DNA of 63,070 nt, filler included, from Collodictyon triciliatum (GCA_043381765.1; 33 parts of 33 records of this genome joined end to end with filler, not necessarily neighbours in it), one strand, 5' to 3'; counted from the first letter of the whole stretch, positions 1 through 13,017 are shown. Notes: a model not told the origin generated them from the sequence alone. Made by a program: numbers and translations.

Positions 1-720
1 ACATTGATTTCTCGTTCGGGTAAATCATTGGAGCGAGAGAATGCACGCACACTCCATAAGGCCCACAGCATATGTCCCCTTGTGACTGTCCAGAGTATTC
101 TAGAGTCGTGGGTCATTTGGTATTGTGGGCCAAACAGGATGTCAGACGCGCTGAGTCGGTTGGGAGCATAATCAAGCTCAGAGAGCATCTTGTGGGTAGA
201 CTCTGTCACTTTTTGAGCAAGAGAGCACTTCACAAATGTTTGTTCGATAGAGTCATCTCCACTATGGCACATGGTGCACTCTGGAGAGGTCGTTGCTGCA
301 TGGACTACACGCGCACCTATCCACAGCTCTCTGTTAGAGATATTGAAAAGTAGGGCGCGGTGTTTCGGGAGTAGCTGAAATGTGCGGGCTTGCTTCCAGC
401 TTTTGACTATCAGTGGGTCTATAATGCCTGTGGTTTCGGCCCAACGACTCATCTTCTCCAGTTTGTAGGGATTCGGGCTGATGATTTTATATCGAAACAG
501 CTTGGAATATCCCATTATTCTCTCTACCCCCGCGGTAGGCAGGGTGTAAGGGGATGTCCTTTTATTCTGCTATAAGCTTGTTTTATGATTCTCTAATGAG
601 TCGACGGACTCGTTAAATATCCCCTGGACAAAGAGTTCAGGGGAAGTTTCTGAGAATGATCCTGGAGCGGTCCGCGGTGGTTCTTTGGACTGATTCTGAG
701 GATATGCTTGGATAATTCCG
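1..720 (-). mobile_element. Non-LTR (L1-clade-like) retrotransposon ORF2 C-terminal fragment with zf-RVT, degenerate
   Basis: Manual minus-strand translation: MGYSKLFRYKIISPNPYK...LLPKHRALLFNISNRELWIG...ECTMCHSGDDSIEQTFVKCSLAQKV...ILFG...MLWALWSVR. This fits the zf-RVT pattern CxxC...S-x-E-(H>Q)-x-F-xx-C. In-frame TAG near 571; runs off the contig. Confidence 0.75.
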
Positions 721-776
721 AGATGGGTCTAAGAATCATATCACAGATTCCAAGGACGCACTTGGGTGTCCAGTTG

Positions 777-1778
777 TTACACAGGGCCAACCATGTTTCC
801 ACTTTCATTCTGGTTTGCTTTCTGGCTCGCTATATTCGGTGGTGTACTTGACTGATATACTCTTTTTTCATAGGGCGATGCTTTATCTTCGACGGTTTCG
901 TTCTTTTTTGGTGCGCCAGTGATTACAGGATGAATAACCGGTGTTTTATATTCGTCTACGTTTCTTTTTCTTGTATAGGATTGTGTTTCTCGCTGGGGAG
1001 TCGCAAGAGTTTCGACAGCAGGTCTGCTCCCATAAACAGTACTTGAGGAGTAATTTGTTGTTCCCGAAGCTTCAAGCTGCTCGCTGTCTTCTTCAGCAGA
1101 ACTTTCTATGACGACGACAGGTTGGATGGACTGTTGTTCTTCCAATCCCTAGTCTGGTACGTCGCTTCTTATGGATTGCGCAGTACTTGCTGAAGAAGGA
1201 GTCTCTTGAGTGGTTCCAGGAGCCATGCCATGTAAGGTGGCTGGTGGGTGTGGTTTGCTGGGTGCCATTATGCTGTTTCCCGATGCTGTTACCGATTTGG
1301 CTTGAATTTCCCTTTCCTCGGCATCCTCTCCATAGTTTGAAGATGAGTTTGGTAAGATATCATCGGCTTGGGGTGGTTGGAAATCTTGGAGGCTATCGAT
1401 GTTTCCTCCACTTCGTTGAAGCCATTCCACGATTGATACTGCTTCCTCTGTGCTCATTGGCGGAGTTGAAGAAACGCTTTCAGACAAATCGCCTGGTGAT
1501 TCGTCCATTATTTCGATATCTATTTCTTGATTTTGGGGCCGTTCTGGAACCTTTATCTTGATGAAGACTTCGAGCACATCATCCACGGATGTCTTGTCGC
1601 GATTTCTCCCTCTGGCATTAGAGGATGACGCGTGTTGCCTTTGGCCTTGTTTGTGGGCTCTGGGCTTGTTTTGCACAGACGATCCCTGCACGGTTGGCCA
1701 GTCTTTAGCACTGAAGTCGGCTACTTTTGTGTTGAAGCCTGAGAAGCGAGTGGTGGCGTTTTGTTTTTTGGTGGCCAT
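777..1778 (-). pseudogene. Intronless S/T/P/E-rich ORF with one internal TAG (1149-1151); possible ORF1 of the adjacent retroelement
   Basis: ORFs 1149..1778 and 777..1145 are in the same frame and lie directly upstream of the zf-RVT fragment. Confidence 0.4.
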
Positions 1779-1820
1779 TGTTTGGTGGTGATTGGCTTGG
1801 CAGTAGCTGTTTTTTTTTTT

Positions 1821-1920
1821 NNNNNNNNNNNNNNNNNNNNNNNNNNNNNNNNNNNNNNNNNNNNTTAATTAATTAANNNNNNNNNNNNNNNNNNNNNNNN
1901 NNNNNNNNNNNNNNNNNNNN
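1821..1920. other. Artificial contig linker N44-TTAATTAATTAA-N44 (first of 32; last at 61165-61264)
   Basis: An identical 100-bp linker with a six-frame stop cassette recurs about every 1.9 kb. Most contigs end in microsatellites. Confidence 0.98.
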
Positions 1921-4013
1921 AAAGAAAAAAAGAAAAAAAGAAAAAAAGAAAAAAAGAAAAAAAGAAAAAAAGAAAAAAAGAAAAAAAGAAAAAAAGAAAA
2001 AAGAAAAAAAAGAAAAGGAAAAAAAAAGAAAAGGAAAAAAAAGAAAAGGAAAAAAAAGAAAAGGAAAAAGGAAAAAAAAAAGAAAAGAAAGAGGTAAAGA
2101 GGAAAGAAAAAAGGGGAAAAGGAGAAAAGGATATCATCCAGCTTAATTCTACACCCACGCCTAAGGCCGACAGAAAAGCCATACCGCTAGTCAAAGAATA
2201 CTTACTCCATCTTAAATCCAAGAAGCATCGAAGCCAAGAGGCAGACGAAAGCCAAACACCAAAGATGGTCAAGTTATCATGGGCCGACTGGGCCCAAGTC
2301 TACACTGTGTACGCTGCCTTTGGTAAGGCTCCCCAAAAGAGGGCTTGTTCATTCAAACACCTTTGCACCAAACCCCACGTTCTAATAGGTCACACCGATC
2401 AATGACATTAATTGCTTTGCTCCTTCAGTTTATGTCTTTCTGTCGATTTGCAACATGATCTTCGATTCATCCGAGGCTCAACTATCTGGCGTCGCCTTGT
2501 GAGTGAATATGCGATGCTTGAAACTGAGCCGAGCCTAACGTGTCTCATAATCACACCCATCAAGGGTCAAAAAAAGTGTCGCACATAAAAAAGTAAACTA
2601 TGAAACTATATTTCACAATCTTATACACACCCTTTGTGTACACCTTTATTAATCCATCCAGGGCGTTTGGTTGTCTTCTTCTTTTCTTAGAGGAGCCACC
2701 AGAGTTTCTCTACCCCTACTTTTCAAAGTATGACAATTGTTTCCTTCGCATGCTCGTCATCATAGGGTGAGCAGCCTCATTGTAACAAACGTAGTATTCA
2801 TATTCCTTTTATTTCCACATGACTGCTACTATCTCTAAGCTCATTGAATGAGAAGCATATCTCCTTCGAATTGTCCATTTTTTCTTTCTTCCTCTTTCTT
2901 TTTCCGTTTTCTTTTCTTTTTCATCGTCATTTTCGATCATCCTTATTGTCGATTCTAATAAGATGCTCCATCCCCGGCTTCTTCATTGCTGCTCCTGCTG
3001 CGGGTTCCATCTGTCTGATTGTCGGGGCCATCATGTATGGCTGGGGAGGATTTTCTGGCGAAAAGGCTGGCCCGAAGCCCCCAGGCCGTGCAGCGATGTA
3101 ATGGCCTTTTTCTTCAGTGACGCAAAGCCAGGCTGCCTGCATAGTCGCTTATTTCTTCTTTCCCCATTTGGCCCTCATTTTTACTTGGTGTGGTGCTTGT
3201 TTGCGTCTTGCTCTTACGTGCGCGGGAAAGAAAGAAAACTAGATAAAATAAAGAACTCAAATCAAGTCAAATCAAATCAAGACATAGCACACATGGGTTT
3301 ACAATGGTTTCGTCTAGCTTGGTCCCAGAATGTGAGACTTTTTTTTTTTATTCACGATAGCCTTTGCTGTTTGGCGTCCGTGCCAACAATCTTTTTTTCA
3401 ACCACCAAGCAAGTTTTCCGAGGTAAAAAAGAGAAAGTGATGGCGGATGTGCCATCAGAGGAGTATAGAGATGGGGAATAGAGACAGAAGAGAGAAGGGG
3501 ATGAGAAGGAAGAAAAAGGAGGTAAAGACCCTGGGGCTTGATAAGAGGCCCAGGGATTCCTTTCAGGAATAGGACTTGTGGTGAAGTCCTTAGGAGAGGG
3601 AAAGTAGCGGGCTTGATTATGTTTAGAGGGGAGTGGAAGAGGATGGAAATACTACTTTGGTGGCGCAAGGTGTTGAAAGGATGGTGGACAGGAGAAGTTC
3701 GCATTGAGTTAGAAAGGCACTAGGTCGAGTGCAAAGACAACTTCACAACNNNNNNNNNNNNNNNNNNNNNNNNNNNNNNNNNNNNNNNNNNNNTTAATTA
3801 ATTAANNNNNNNNNNNNNNNNNNNNNNNNNNNNNNNNNNNNNNNNNNNNGAAAAAGATGAAAAAGATGAAAAAGATGAAAAAGATGAAAAAGATGAAAAA
3901 GATGAAAAAGATGAAAAAGATGAAAAAGATGAAAAAGATGAAAAAGATGAAAAAGATGAAAAAGATATAAAAAATTCCAATTAAATAAAAAATGTTTATT
4001 CGTATTCCCATAG

Positions 4014-5360
4014 GATAGGAATGATTATGATGGGTCTCGGTGAGCTGGGGAACTTCCTTGCTTTTGGATTTGCGCCAGCTTCACTCGTATCTCCGCTTGG
4101 AGGAGTGAGTGTAATTGCAAACGCATTTATCGCATCTGGGTTACTAGGAGAGATTCTACTTGTGAGAGATGTAATCGGAACCTTCCTTGCCCTATGCGGT
4201 GGTGTTATCATTGTAATATTCGCACCAGAGGTAGAATATCAGTCAATTCAATACGAAGTTAAACTGTTCATTTTTTGTGTAGTTCCCTACCCCCTTTTTT
4301 ATATTTTTTTATTTATGTATCTATATATTTATCCACCTTCTAAACTTATTAATTTATGTACTGGGGTCTCTCGTATAATATTCTTGCTAGGACGATCCGA
4401 ACATTACACTGCCAATTTTGATGGATTATGCCCTATCAACTGAATTTTTGATGTTCCTGTCCATAATTATCTTGTCAGTGGTATTCTTGATGTCCCTACC
4501 GAAAGAGTACGCAGACCAGCATTTAATTGTAAATATCCTCATATGTTCTCTGCTTGGCTGCATCACTGTAATGACATGCAAGGTTGGTGCGATTATATCT
4601 CTTATAAGATCAGCAATTTTAGACTTAGTTTTACATCATGAGGCAATTAATGTGAAATAGCAATTGAAGAATTGATTAATTTTCCACATGATTTTCAAAT
4701 CACTGTTTTTATGAAACAATCAGAATCTAAAGGAAGAATAAAAAAATAATTGTTCTTTGAAACAAGGGAATATCTTTGTCGCTTTTTCTGACCATGGAGG
4801 GAGATAACCAATTTAAGTATCCATTTATTTATGTCTTGCTTGGAACAGCAGTTTTAACAATCGTATTTCAAATAAGGTATTCGATATCAACCATCCATCA
4901 CATTTATTTGGTCAAAATAGATTCTGAATAAAAAAGAAATACTATAAAAGCCAACATATCAGTTTCCAATCAAACAGTTAACCCGTACACAAGAGTGATT
5001 CATATATACATAATCATCCAATGAAACCATCGGTTAGACACCTAAACGAGGCGATGAAACTCTTCGGAACCGCCCAAGTCGTTCCTGTATATTATGTTTT
5101 GTTTACAACATGTGCCATCATGGGCGGGATGGTCCTTTACAAGGAGTTTCTAAATCTTTCGCCACATGAATTAATGAGCTTCATTGCAGGGTATTCACTG
5201 ATATAAAATAGTATTCAATCTAGATGAATGCATGATTTATATGTTTTTTTTTTTATCTTTGGTCCGAACTACCTCACATAATTTTTTTTTTTGGTAACAA
5301 GGTGCTGTATCACATTTGTCGGTATATTTGTAATCACAGCAAACAGAAAGCCGCGCCCAG
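4014..5360 (+). CDS. NIPA-family magnesium transporter, partial, about 5 exons
   Basis: GMIMMGLGELGNFLAFGFAPASLVSPLGGVSVIANA; ILICSLLGCITVMTCK; HLNEAMKLFGTAQVVPVYYVLFTTCAIMGGMVLYKEF; GT-AG introns. Confidence 0.92.
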
Positions 5361-5984
5361 GTTGTCGGTCAATTCCCTTTTTTTTCTTCTACGTTCTATT
5401 CAACCTTGTATTTGTGGATTTATTTCTCACTGAACCTACTTGAATGTTTGAATATTATGCCATATGTTCCATACAAACTGAAAAACATTAAAACACACAT
5501 GATATGAAGTTCAACATATTTAAAGACCAGCGTTTTAAAAAAATAAATATAACATGCAACAAGCAACAAGCAACAAACAACAAACAACAAACAACAAACA
5601 ACAAACAACAAACAACAAACAACAAACAACAAACAACAAACAACAAACAACAAACAACAAACAACAAACNNNNNNNNNNNNNNNNNNNNNNNNNNNNNNN
5701 NNNNNNNNNNNNNTTAATTAATTAANNNNNNNNNNNNNNNNNNNNNNNNNNNNNNNNNNNNNNNNNNNNAAAAAACACAAAAAACACAAAAAACACAAAA
5801 AACACAAAAAACACAAAAAACACAAAAAACACAAAAAACACACAAAACACAAAAAACACACAAAAAAAAAAGTACAAGAGCACGAAGGAACCAATTTAAA
5901 AGGAAAAAAAACGAAAGAAAGATGCTTGCAAATAGGTTACAATAGTAAATTATAATGGAAAGAAAAAACAAATATTCCAAATCA

Positions 5985-7460
5985 TTACTGTAAATCCCCA
6001 TAAACACTTTGGTTGAGAACCAGTTTCGTGCCTCATCTTCTCTCTGTAGGTTTTTCTTCAGCGCAGTGAACTCTTCCATGACTGGTGAAAGAGCCAAATC
6101 TATGACAGGATATTTTCCTACATTTGCCAAATTTTATTTAGGAATTACACACATAACACACGATGGCAACCTCGAAATTCCAATTCAATTACTTTTGCCT
6201 GCGCAACCGGGAAGCTTCGATTGAAAAAAAAGTCTCATGGTACAAAAAAATAAATAAATAAAAGATGAAACCAACAAAATAATGAGGTAAGAATGCATAC
6301 CTTTGGACGCTGGGTTGCTAAAAAAGATGAATTTTCGGACCGCAGCACACGTATAGAATGGATGATAAGACTCATCAAGCGATTTGAGCGACTCGTATGT
6401 TTTTAAGCATGCACCGACGAAATCCTCCAGATCCTAATGAAAGCAGCCATAATAAACTTCACAAACATCACGATATTCAATGCAATAATATGGTTAATTA
6501 CTTCTTCTTTTAGATAGCCCTTCCCTTCCGAATCAAAGTATGATAGTTCGATTTTTAGCTTTTGAAGTGTAACTATAAAGCAGCTGATTAGAATTCATTT
6601 ATTACGTCTTTTGGAAAAAAGAACACCTTAATTGTAATATCTGTAACCAGACAAATAAAATTACTTCTCTTCTCCACATATCCAATAAAATTAGAGCACG
6701 ATATTCTTCCGAATGAATCACGCCGGAAATGGAGGAATATTGACGGTGAGAAGAACTCTTTCCATTTATTTCCCACTTCAGATGCGAGTATTTGGAAATC
6801 AGCATAGTTAATCTGAGGAAAATGTTGATGAGAGATTGTAGTTTTTTCAAAGTTTAAAATAAACGAAAATATACAAAGAAGGACTATATGTGGTAGCATG
6901 ATGAGGAAATAACCCGTTTAGTCCCATCGTTTGGCCCAGAGATGTGCTTGAACACTTGCGCCTCAAGATCTATGATGTGTAGGTCATCCAGCTCACCATA
7001 CATAGTATCCAGCTGGCGTCTTCTGATTATTTTACGGTACTCTTTGGTGAAGTGCTCGCAGTCTGCATCGCGGGGCTATATAGAAACCAAAAGCCGGAGA
7101 AAAAAAAACAAACCAAATAATATTTGCGGTGAAACCGTACAAATGAAAATGATGGGAATATTAAAAAAATATATTGTTAAGATTGTTCAGTAATTTTGTT
7201 GGTCTTATTATTTAGTTTTGTTTACTATTGGTATTGTTATTATTATTATTAGTCTCGTATTCATATAATTATCATCATTTTAAATTTTGTTTGTATATCG
7301 AGAGGGGGTTTCAAGGTCTATGAACAAAACGGTAAAGGTAGGTTGTTTGCCTAACCTTAAAAAAGAACTTTGGTATGGGGCCACTCGCTTTTGACTTTCC
7401 GTCTTTTGCATCGAGCTCCCTCATTTTCTCGTCAAACAACTTCTGCTCGAGGGCTAATGA
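5985..7460 (-). CDS. PPP2R3C: PP2A regulatory subunit B'' gamma (TON2/FASS-like), partial, multi-exon
   Basis: Exons read GPIPKFFFK; INYADF...FFSPSIFLHFRRDSFGRISCSNFIGYVEKR; LSYFDSEGKGYLKEE; DLEDFV...FYTCAAVRKFIFF; EARNWFS. The order is colinear with PPP2R3C. Confidence 0.85.
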
Positions 7461-7829
7461 AAAATGTCGAATTAGAAAAGGGAGAAGAAAGAAGAGAGAA
7501 GAAAGAAGAGAGAAGAAAGAAGAGAGAAGAAAGAAGAGAGAAGAAAGAAGAGAGAAGAAAGAAGAGAGAAGAAAGAAGAGAGAAGAGANNNNNNNNNNNN
7601 NNNNNNNNNNNNNNNNNNNNNNNNNNNNNNNNTTAATTAATTAANNNNNNNNNNNNNNNNNNNNNNNNNNNNNNNNNNNNNNNNNNNNTGATTCTTTTTT
7701 TCTGATTCTTTTTTTCTGATTCTTTTTTTCTGATTCTTTTTTTCTGATTCTTTTTTTCTGATTCTTTTTTTCTGATTCTTTTTTTCTTTCTGATTCCTTT
7801 TTTCTAATTCTTATTTTTCTTTATATGAA

Positions 7830-9280
7830 ACATTCTTCCATTTTGTAGGTTATTTATATATCCATGCTATAATTGCCCATATCAAAGCGGGATATGGAAT
7901 AAAATTCATAGTATCGCAACGTAATCTAAATATTTTTGATTCATTGCAAGAGATTATGTCGAAAGAAAAATTACGTTGAGAATATTTGCTATTCCGACAC
8001 GATGAGGAACTTGCGCCTGGATAAGTTCGACTGTGATTTGATTTTTCATGTCTTGATAAGTAGGAGGATTTTCTACTGCACTTGTGTTTGCAGATAGAAC
8101 GCTATGAAGGGACCAATAATATCCTCTCATTACAGAATCGCCTATGAACGTAAACAATTTAGTTATTGAAGGCTTCAAGCAACAGAAGATAAAAATCAAG
8201 TCAGTATCAGTAATTTATTAAGGTCTGGAAATATGTTTCTTGATTTACTGTCGTCACACTTTTTCACTTAATCCGATTCCAAGAAGGGTATTCGTTTATG
8301 AGTAATTGAATAAAAAAAAATGAAAATACAAGGAACTGAGAGGACATACCAATGAAAGTAACGTATTTGTGTGCGAGACATTCTCGTATTTTTTGGGCGC
8401 TTAGCATCCTTAGGGTACAAGTTAGTGGCACAAACGCATGATGAAACTTTGCATCAAAAGGTACTACTTTCGGTAAAGGGCCGTCACACAAGCCTGACGA
8501 GCAGTCCGACGCACTCAAGAAGAAACCTTGGTCTATCGGCTTCGAATCACCACACCGATTCAAGAATATGTGAGGGGGGTTAACTGCCTTGTAACTTATG
8601 TAAGTCGGACTCCCATATATCGGCTGCATCGCACATGGGAAAAGATCGTCCCACTCAGGGAAAGTATAGTTTAATCCCGATGTCATCAGCGAGTATGTAT
8701 CAGGAGAAAATAAACGGCATCCGAATACGAGCTGAACATCGATGCGATAGCAACCTGTAGGTATCCGAGAAAGTGGAATATCAACGACATACTTTCCGTT
8801 TTGAATATCAGTGATTTTTAGACGTGTGTAGACATCTGGTACTTTTTCATTATCATGCATGTCTTCTTCAGAGCAACCATCAGTCATTTTTGTTTGAGTT
8901 CCTGTCAGTGTGGCGACAAAGTAATCTCCTCCGCTTGTTTGAGGCCATCCGTTGGACGTCCGCGCTTGGATGGTAAATTCAGCGCATGTGTTACAGAATC
9001 CACTCATTCCACTCGCCTGAGGGTTGGTCCTAAATAGATATGTGAATTAACAAGAAAGCATGGAAGCATCCTCCATTCTGCACAAGCTGAAAGGAATGAT
9101 GATGGTGGTGATGATGATGATGAAAATAATCATACTAATAATACATCTATTTACAAGAAAGGATGGAACAAAATTGATATTAAGTGTTAGTTGATCTATA
9201 GCTATATTTTTGAAGCAGCTGGAATAGGATTATGATTTTGTATAAATCAATGGCAGAATTTTGAATATGTATCATTTTTC
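7830..9280 (-). CDS. NXPE-like protein (Ig/filamin-like module plus SGNH/PC-esterase start), partial
   Basis: FTIQARTSNG...GGDYFVATL; TDIQNGKY; RECLAHKYVTFI spliced to GDSVMRGYY (GDS motif). Confidence 0.7.
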
Positions 9281-9607
9281 ATTAGAATCATTATACATTT
9301 GAATGCGACTTGGGGTTTTGTTTTCATAGCGGTTTTTTCGTCGCTGGTTTTTTTCTTTTTTCTTTTTTCTTTTTTCTTTTTTCTTTTTTCTTTTTTCTTT
9401 TTTCTTTTTTCTTTTTTCTTTTTCTTTTTTCTTTTTTCTTTTTTGCTTTTTGTTTTTTGTTTTTTGTTTTTTGTTTTTTGTTTTTTGTTTTTTGTTTTTT
9501 GTTTTTTNNNNNNNNNNNNNNNNNNNNNNNNNNNNNNNNNNNNNNNNNNNNTTAATTAATTAANNNNNNNNNNNNNNNNNNNNNNNNNNNNNNNNNNNNN
9601 NNNNNNN

Positions 9608-11125
9608 AAGAAGAACGCTTTCTGTTCGTCGGACTGTCTCATGTATTACCATACTTGGCGAGCCAAATGTTAGCAGCTTATCGTAATAACATCACGGAAC
9701 ATTTTGTATAGAGGTTACTGCGCTTTAAAAATCAAACAGTTCCTAAACATGAGAATATTACGGAAGCTATTAAAAAGGCAGAGCTACGATAGTTTTAAAA
9801 AAAAAAGCCGTCTTCATGAATCTCGACATACTGGAACAATAAATGATGAGCTAAAACGCATTTGCATCATATCATCCCAGCGATATTGTAAATGGTATCG
9901 AATATGACGCCAAAGTCAATCCAAATAAGTACATTCCATGTCCGATTCACATGAATCGCATTTTTTAGGACATTTGAACCAAACAGTTTCAACCAATCCC
10001 TATAAGAACTACCAATATACCATGTCATATTACTCTAGATATTGCATGTTTGATAGGTATTAGTATCAAGTGGAAAAACATTATTACTGAAGAATATATC
10101 AGGATGCAAAGAGACCCTATGGGATAAGTTCTTTGAAATGAAGAAGAGGGTCTTTCATCAAAGAGACTACAATTTCAAATACATGATACAAACAGACGGC
10201 TTGGCGGTGTCATTATTGTTTGAAAAGAAAGGTTTTTCAAAACTCAAAATTAAATCGAACCCCCCAAAAATATGTTTATATAGATGAACTTTCCGAAGAG
10301 CAGGTATCTTTCTTAGCCAAAAAAAAAATGGTTGGAGTGGACACAGGCAAGTTTAATTTTGTTTACATGGTGGATGAGACAGGCAAGAAATTACGTTACA
10401 CAGCACACCAAACAAGACATGATAGCAAATCTCTTAATCACAAAATACTCTTGCGCGAGAAAGAAAAGAATATTGTTTCAGGGATATAGATGGCAGAAGA
10501 TTTACAAAGTGCTGTTTCTTTTGGTCTCATGACTTTTGAAGAGAATCGGTAGTTTGAGACATCAAGAGTATCTTTAATTGATTTAGAGACAGAGCTGAGT
10601 AAACATAATTCACGCACGGTCGATTGTGAAAATTTCGAAAATATGTATCTATGAAATCAAGATGCCAGATAAAATTTTCTAGATTTTATGAACAAGTAAC
10701 TTTTCGAAAGATGATATGGAGACAGTATGTTGATACAAAAAGTAAACAGTTGCTTATGGACGGAATCGAAAGGACATTTGGCAAGGATGTTGTACTGGCG
10801 TATGGAGACTGGAGCAGAAAATATCCGATGAAACATTTTATGCTAACAATCGGAAGAGGATTACGGAAAATACTATCCAAATGTTTTGAAACGGTTATTG
10901 TAGATGAATTTAGAACCTCCAAAATGTGCTGTAACTGCGAAAAGGAACTGGAATGTATGAAGCCGAAAGGAAATACAAAAAAATGTGTATAGATGTCTCA
11001 CATGTAAAGAATGCAATCGTTCAGAAAGCAAAAAAGTGTATTCTTGACAAGGGACTTCAACAGCCCTAATAATATACTCATGAAAGTTCTTTTAATCCTT
11101 CAAAAAAAAATGCATACACCTTTTA
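9608..11125 (+). pseudogene. Fanzor1 (TnpB-like RuvC nuclease), copy 1; frameshifts and stops; 5' end cut by contig edge
   Basis: IQTDGLAVSLLF; YIDEL; RuvC-I VGVDTGK; LRYTAHQ; YGDWS; VDEFRTSKMCCNC; CKEC; RuvC-III RDFNS. Confidence 0.88.
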
Positions 11126-11131
11126 AAAAAC

Positions 11132-11248
11132 AGACTGTTGGGTCTTTCCATGCAACCTTCACCACTGTATTATCTTTGTGAAAAAAGTGGTGAGACCTTG
11201 GATACTAGCGCACCAGGTTTACCATTCGAAAGATTCGTATACTCCTAG
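11132..11248 (+). ncRNA. Candidate Fanzor omegaRNA scaffold / element right end, copy 1
   Basis: Noncoding block conserved in all three copies, with four adjacent hairpins. Ends in CTAG at 11245-11248. Confidence 0.6.
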
Positions 11249-11562
11249 TATATTAAAAAAAAGTAGAAAAAGCAGGAAAAAGCAGGATAAAGCAAAAAAA
11301 AAAAAAAGATTTTGTAGCGGGATGTAGGCAAATAAACCGAATATATACATATCTGGAAAATAAGAAATCCGATCAAAACATGCAGAAAAAGAAAAGTAGC
11401 AAGACATTCGCACCGTAGAATCAAGGCTGNNNNNNNNNNNNNNNNNNNNNNNNNNNNNNNNNNNNNNNNNNNNTTAATTAATTAANNNNNNNNNNNNNNN
11501 NNNNNNNNNNNNNNNNNNNNNNNNNNNNNGAACAAATTATCTGATGTAAATTTCATCAACAC

Positions 11563-11657
<95 letters not shown>

Positions 11658-11682
11658 TTTAAAAAAGAAGAAAATATCAAAC

Positions 11683-13017
11683 CTTTCGGTGCTTAGCCAG
11701 GAGTTGTCCCTCTGGGCCATAGACTGTGCAAGTATTGAATAGCGATTCTCCTTCCTTCTCCGGGATAGACCCTTTAAAAATCATTTTACTTGACTAACAA
11801 CAAATGTTCATAACAATACCGTTAGTTTTTTGTTTTGTGTTGTTTTGTGTTGTTTGTTTTGTTTTGTTTTGTTTTGTTTTTGTTTGTTTGTTTGCTTATT
11901 TATTTGTTTGTTTATCTGTTTATTATTTGTTTATTATACGCACTCATATGTTTCAGGTATTGTCTATAGCATTTGAATATGCCTGATAATGTTTACACCA
12001 ATTGAATGACTGTTAAGTTCCATTAATAATAACCATATAACCCTTCAAACATTTATTATTCCACTAGTATATTATAATGTTTGCTTCAATTGCGGAATCT
12101 TGCTTCTTTCTTTTAACATTTATAATACCCTTGAAGGAAAATATGTTCGCTAAATTGAGCATGTTACCTCCAACAAGGTAAATCTTGTTGACCTTCGCCT
12201 CTTCCTGAAGCATGGCAGTGGATGGGCCGCCAGGAATCGGTTCCGCATAAACTGGAAAGCTGCTGTTGGCATAAGGAGAGTTGAAGATTTCCTATCGTGC
12301 GTGCATATAGTTGATTGATTGATTGTTGAATGATTGTTGATGGTTGATTGTTGATTAAGATATGTATATGTTCATTATTATTATTATTGTTAACCATTGA
12401 TATTGGCCAAAAAATAGCAGGATTTTTTCGTTTTAATGAAATAATTATTTGGAAAATTTCCTTTTCTTTTGTTTATAATGACTACTTAAAGGGAATATTT
12501 ATTAATACCGGAAGGACAACCAAACGAGCACCATTTTTTGCTGCCTCTCGGATGGCTTTGCGCGCAGTTTCCAGATTTTCATCCTTGTTTTCCGTGACTA
12601 GCAGCTGGCAGGAAGCGATGCGAATAGGCTCTGCTCGATGAATTCAGTAGAAAGTTTCTTCAAAGAATATAGTTGACTGATGGCCATCAAGAGGATAGAG
12701 AAAGAGAGAAAGAAACAGAGAAAATAGGAAATAGGCTGAAAGGAAACTAGAAAGCAACCACAGACAAAGATCAGACACAAAGAGAAAAAAGTGGAGGTGG
12801 CTAAATATTTCGAAGAAGAAAAGGAAAATAATAAACAATAATGGCACAGATAGGAACACAGAAATTATCACCAAAGAGAGGAAGTAACCACGTTTGCATC
12901 AACTTTAAAAAGATGCATATATATTTGGGAGGGGCTCGAATGAAAATACACACGGGTTGATGTAGCCATCGAACGGCAGGCGGGTCGAAGAAAAGAGGCA
13001 ACCGGGCTCAGGAGCAT
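11683..13017 (-). CDS. NIT2: Omega-amidase NIT2 (nitrilase family), 5' exons
   Basis: [39 protein letters not shown] / [25 protein letters not shown] / [30 protein letters not shown]. Confidence 0.88.
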
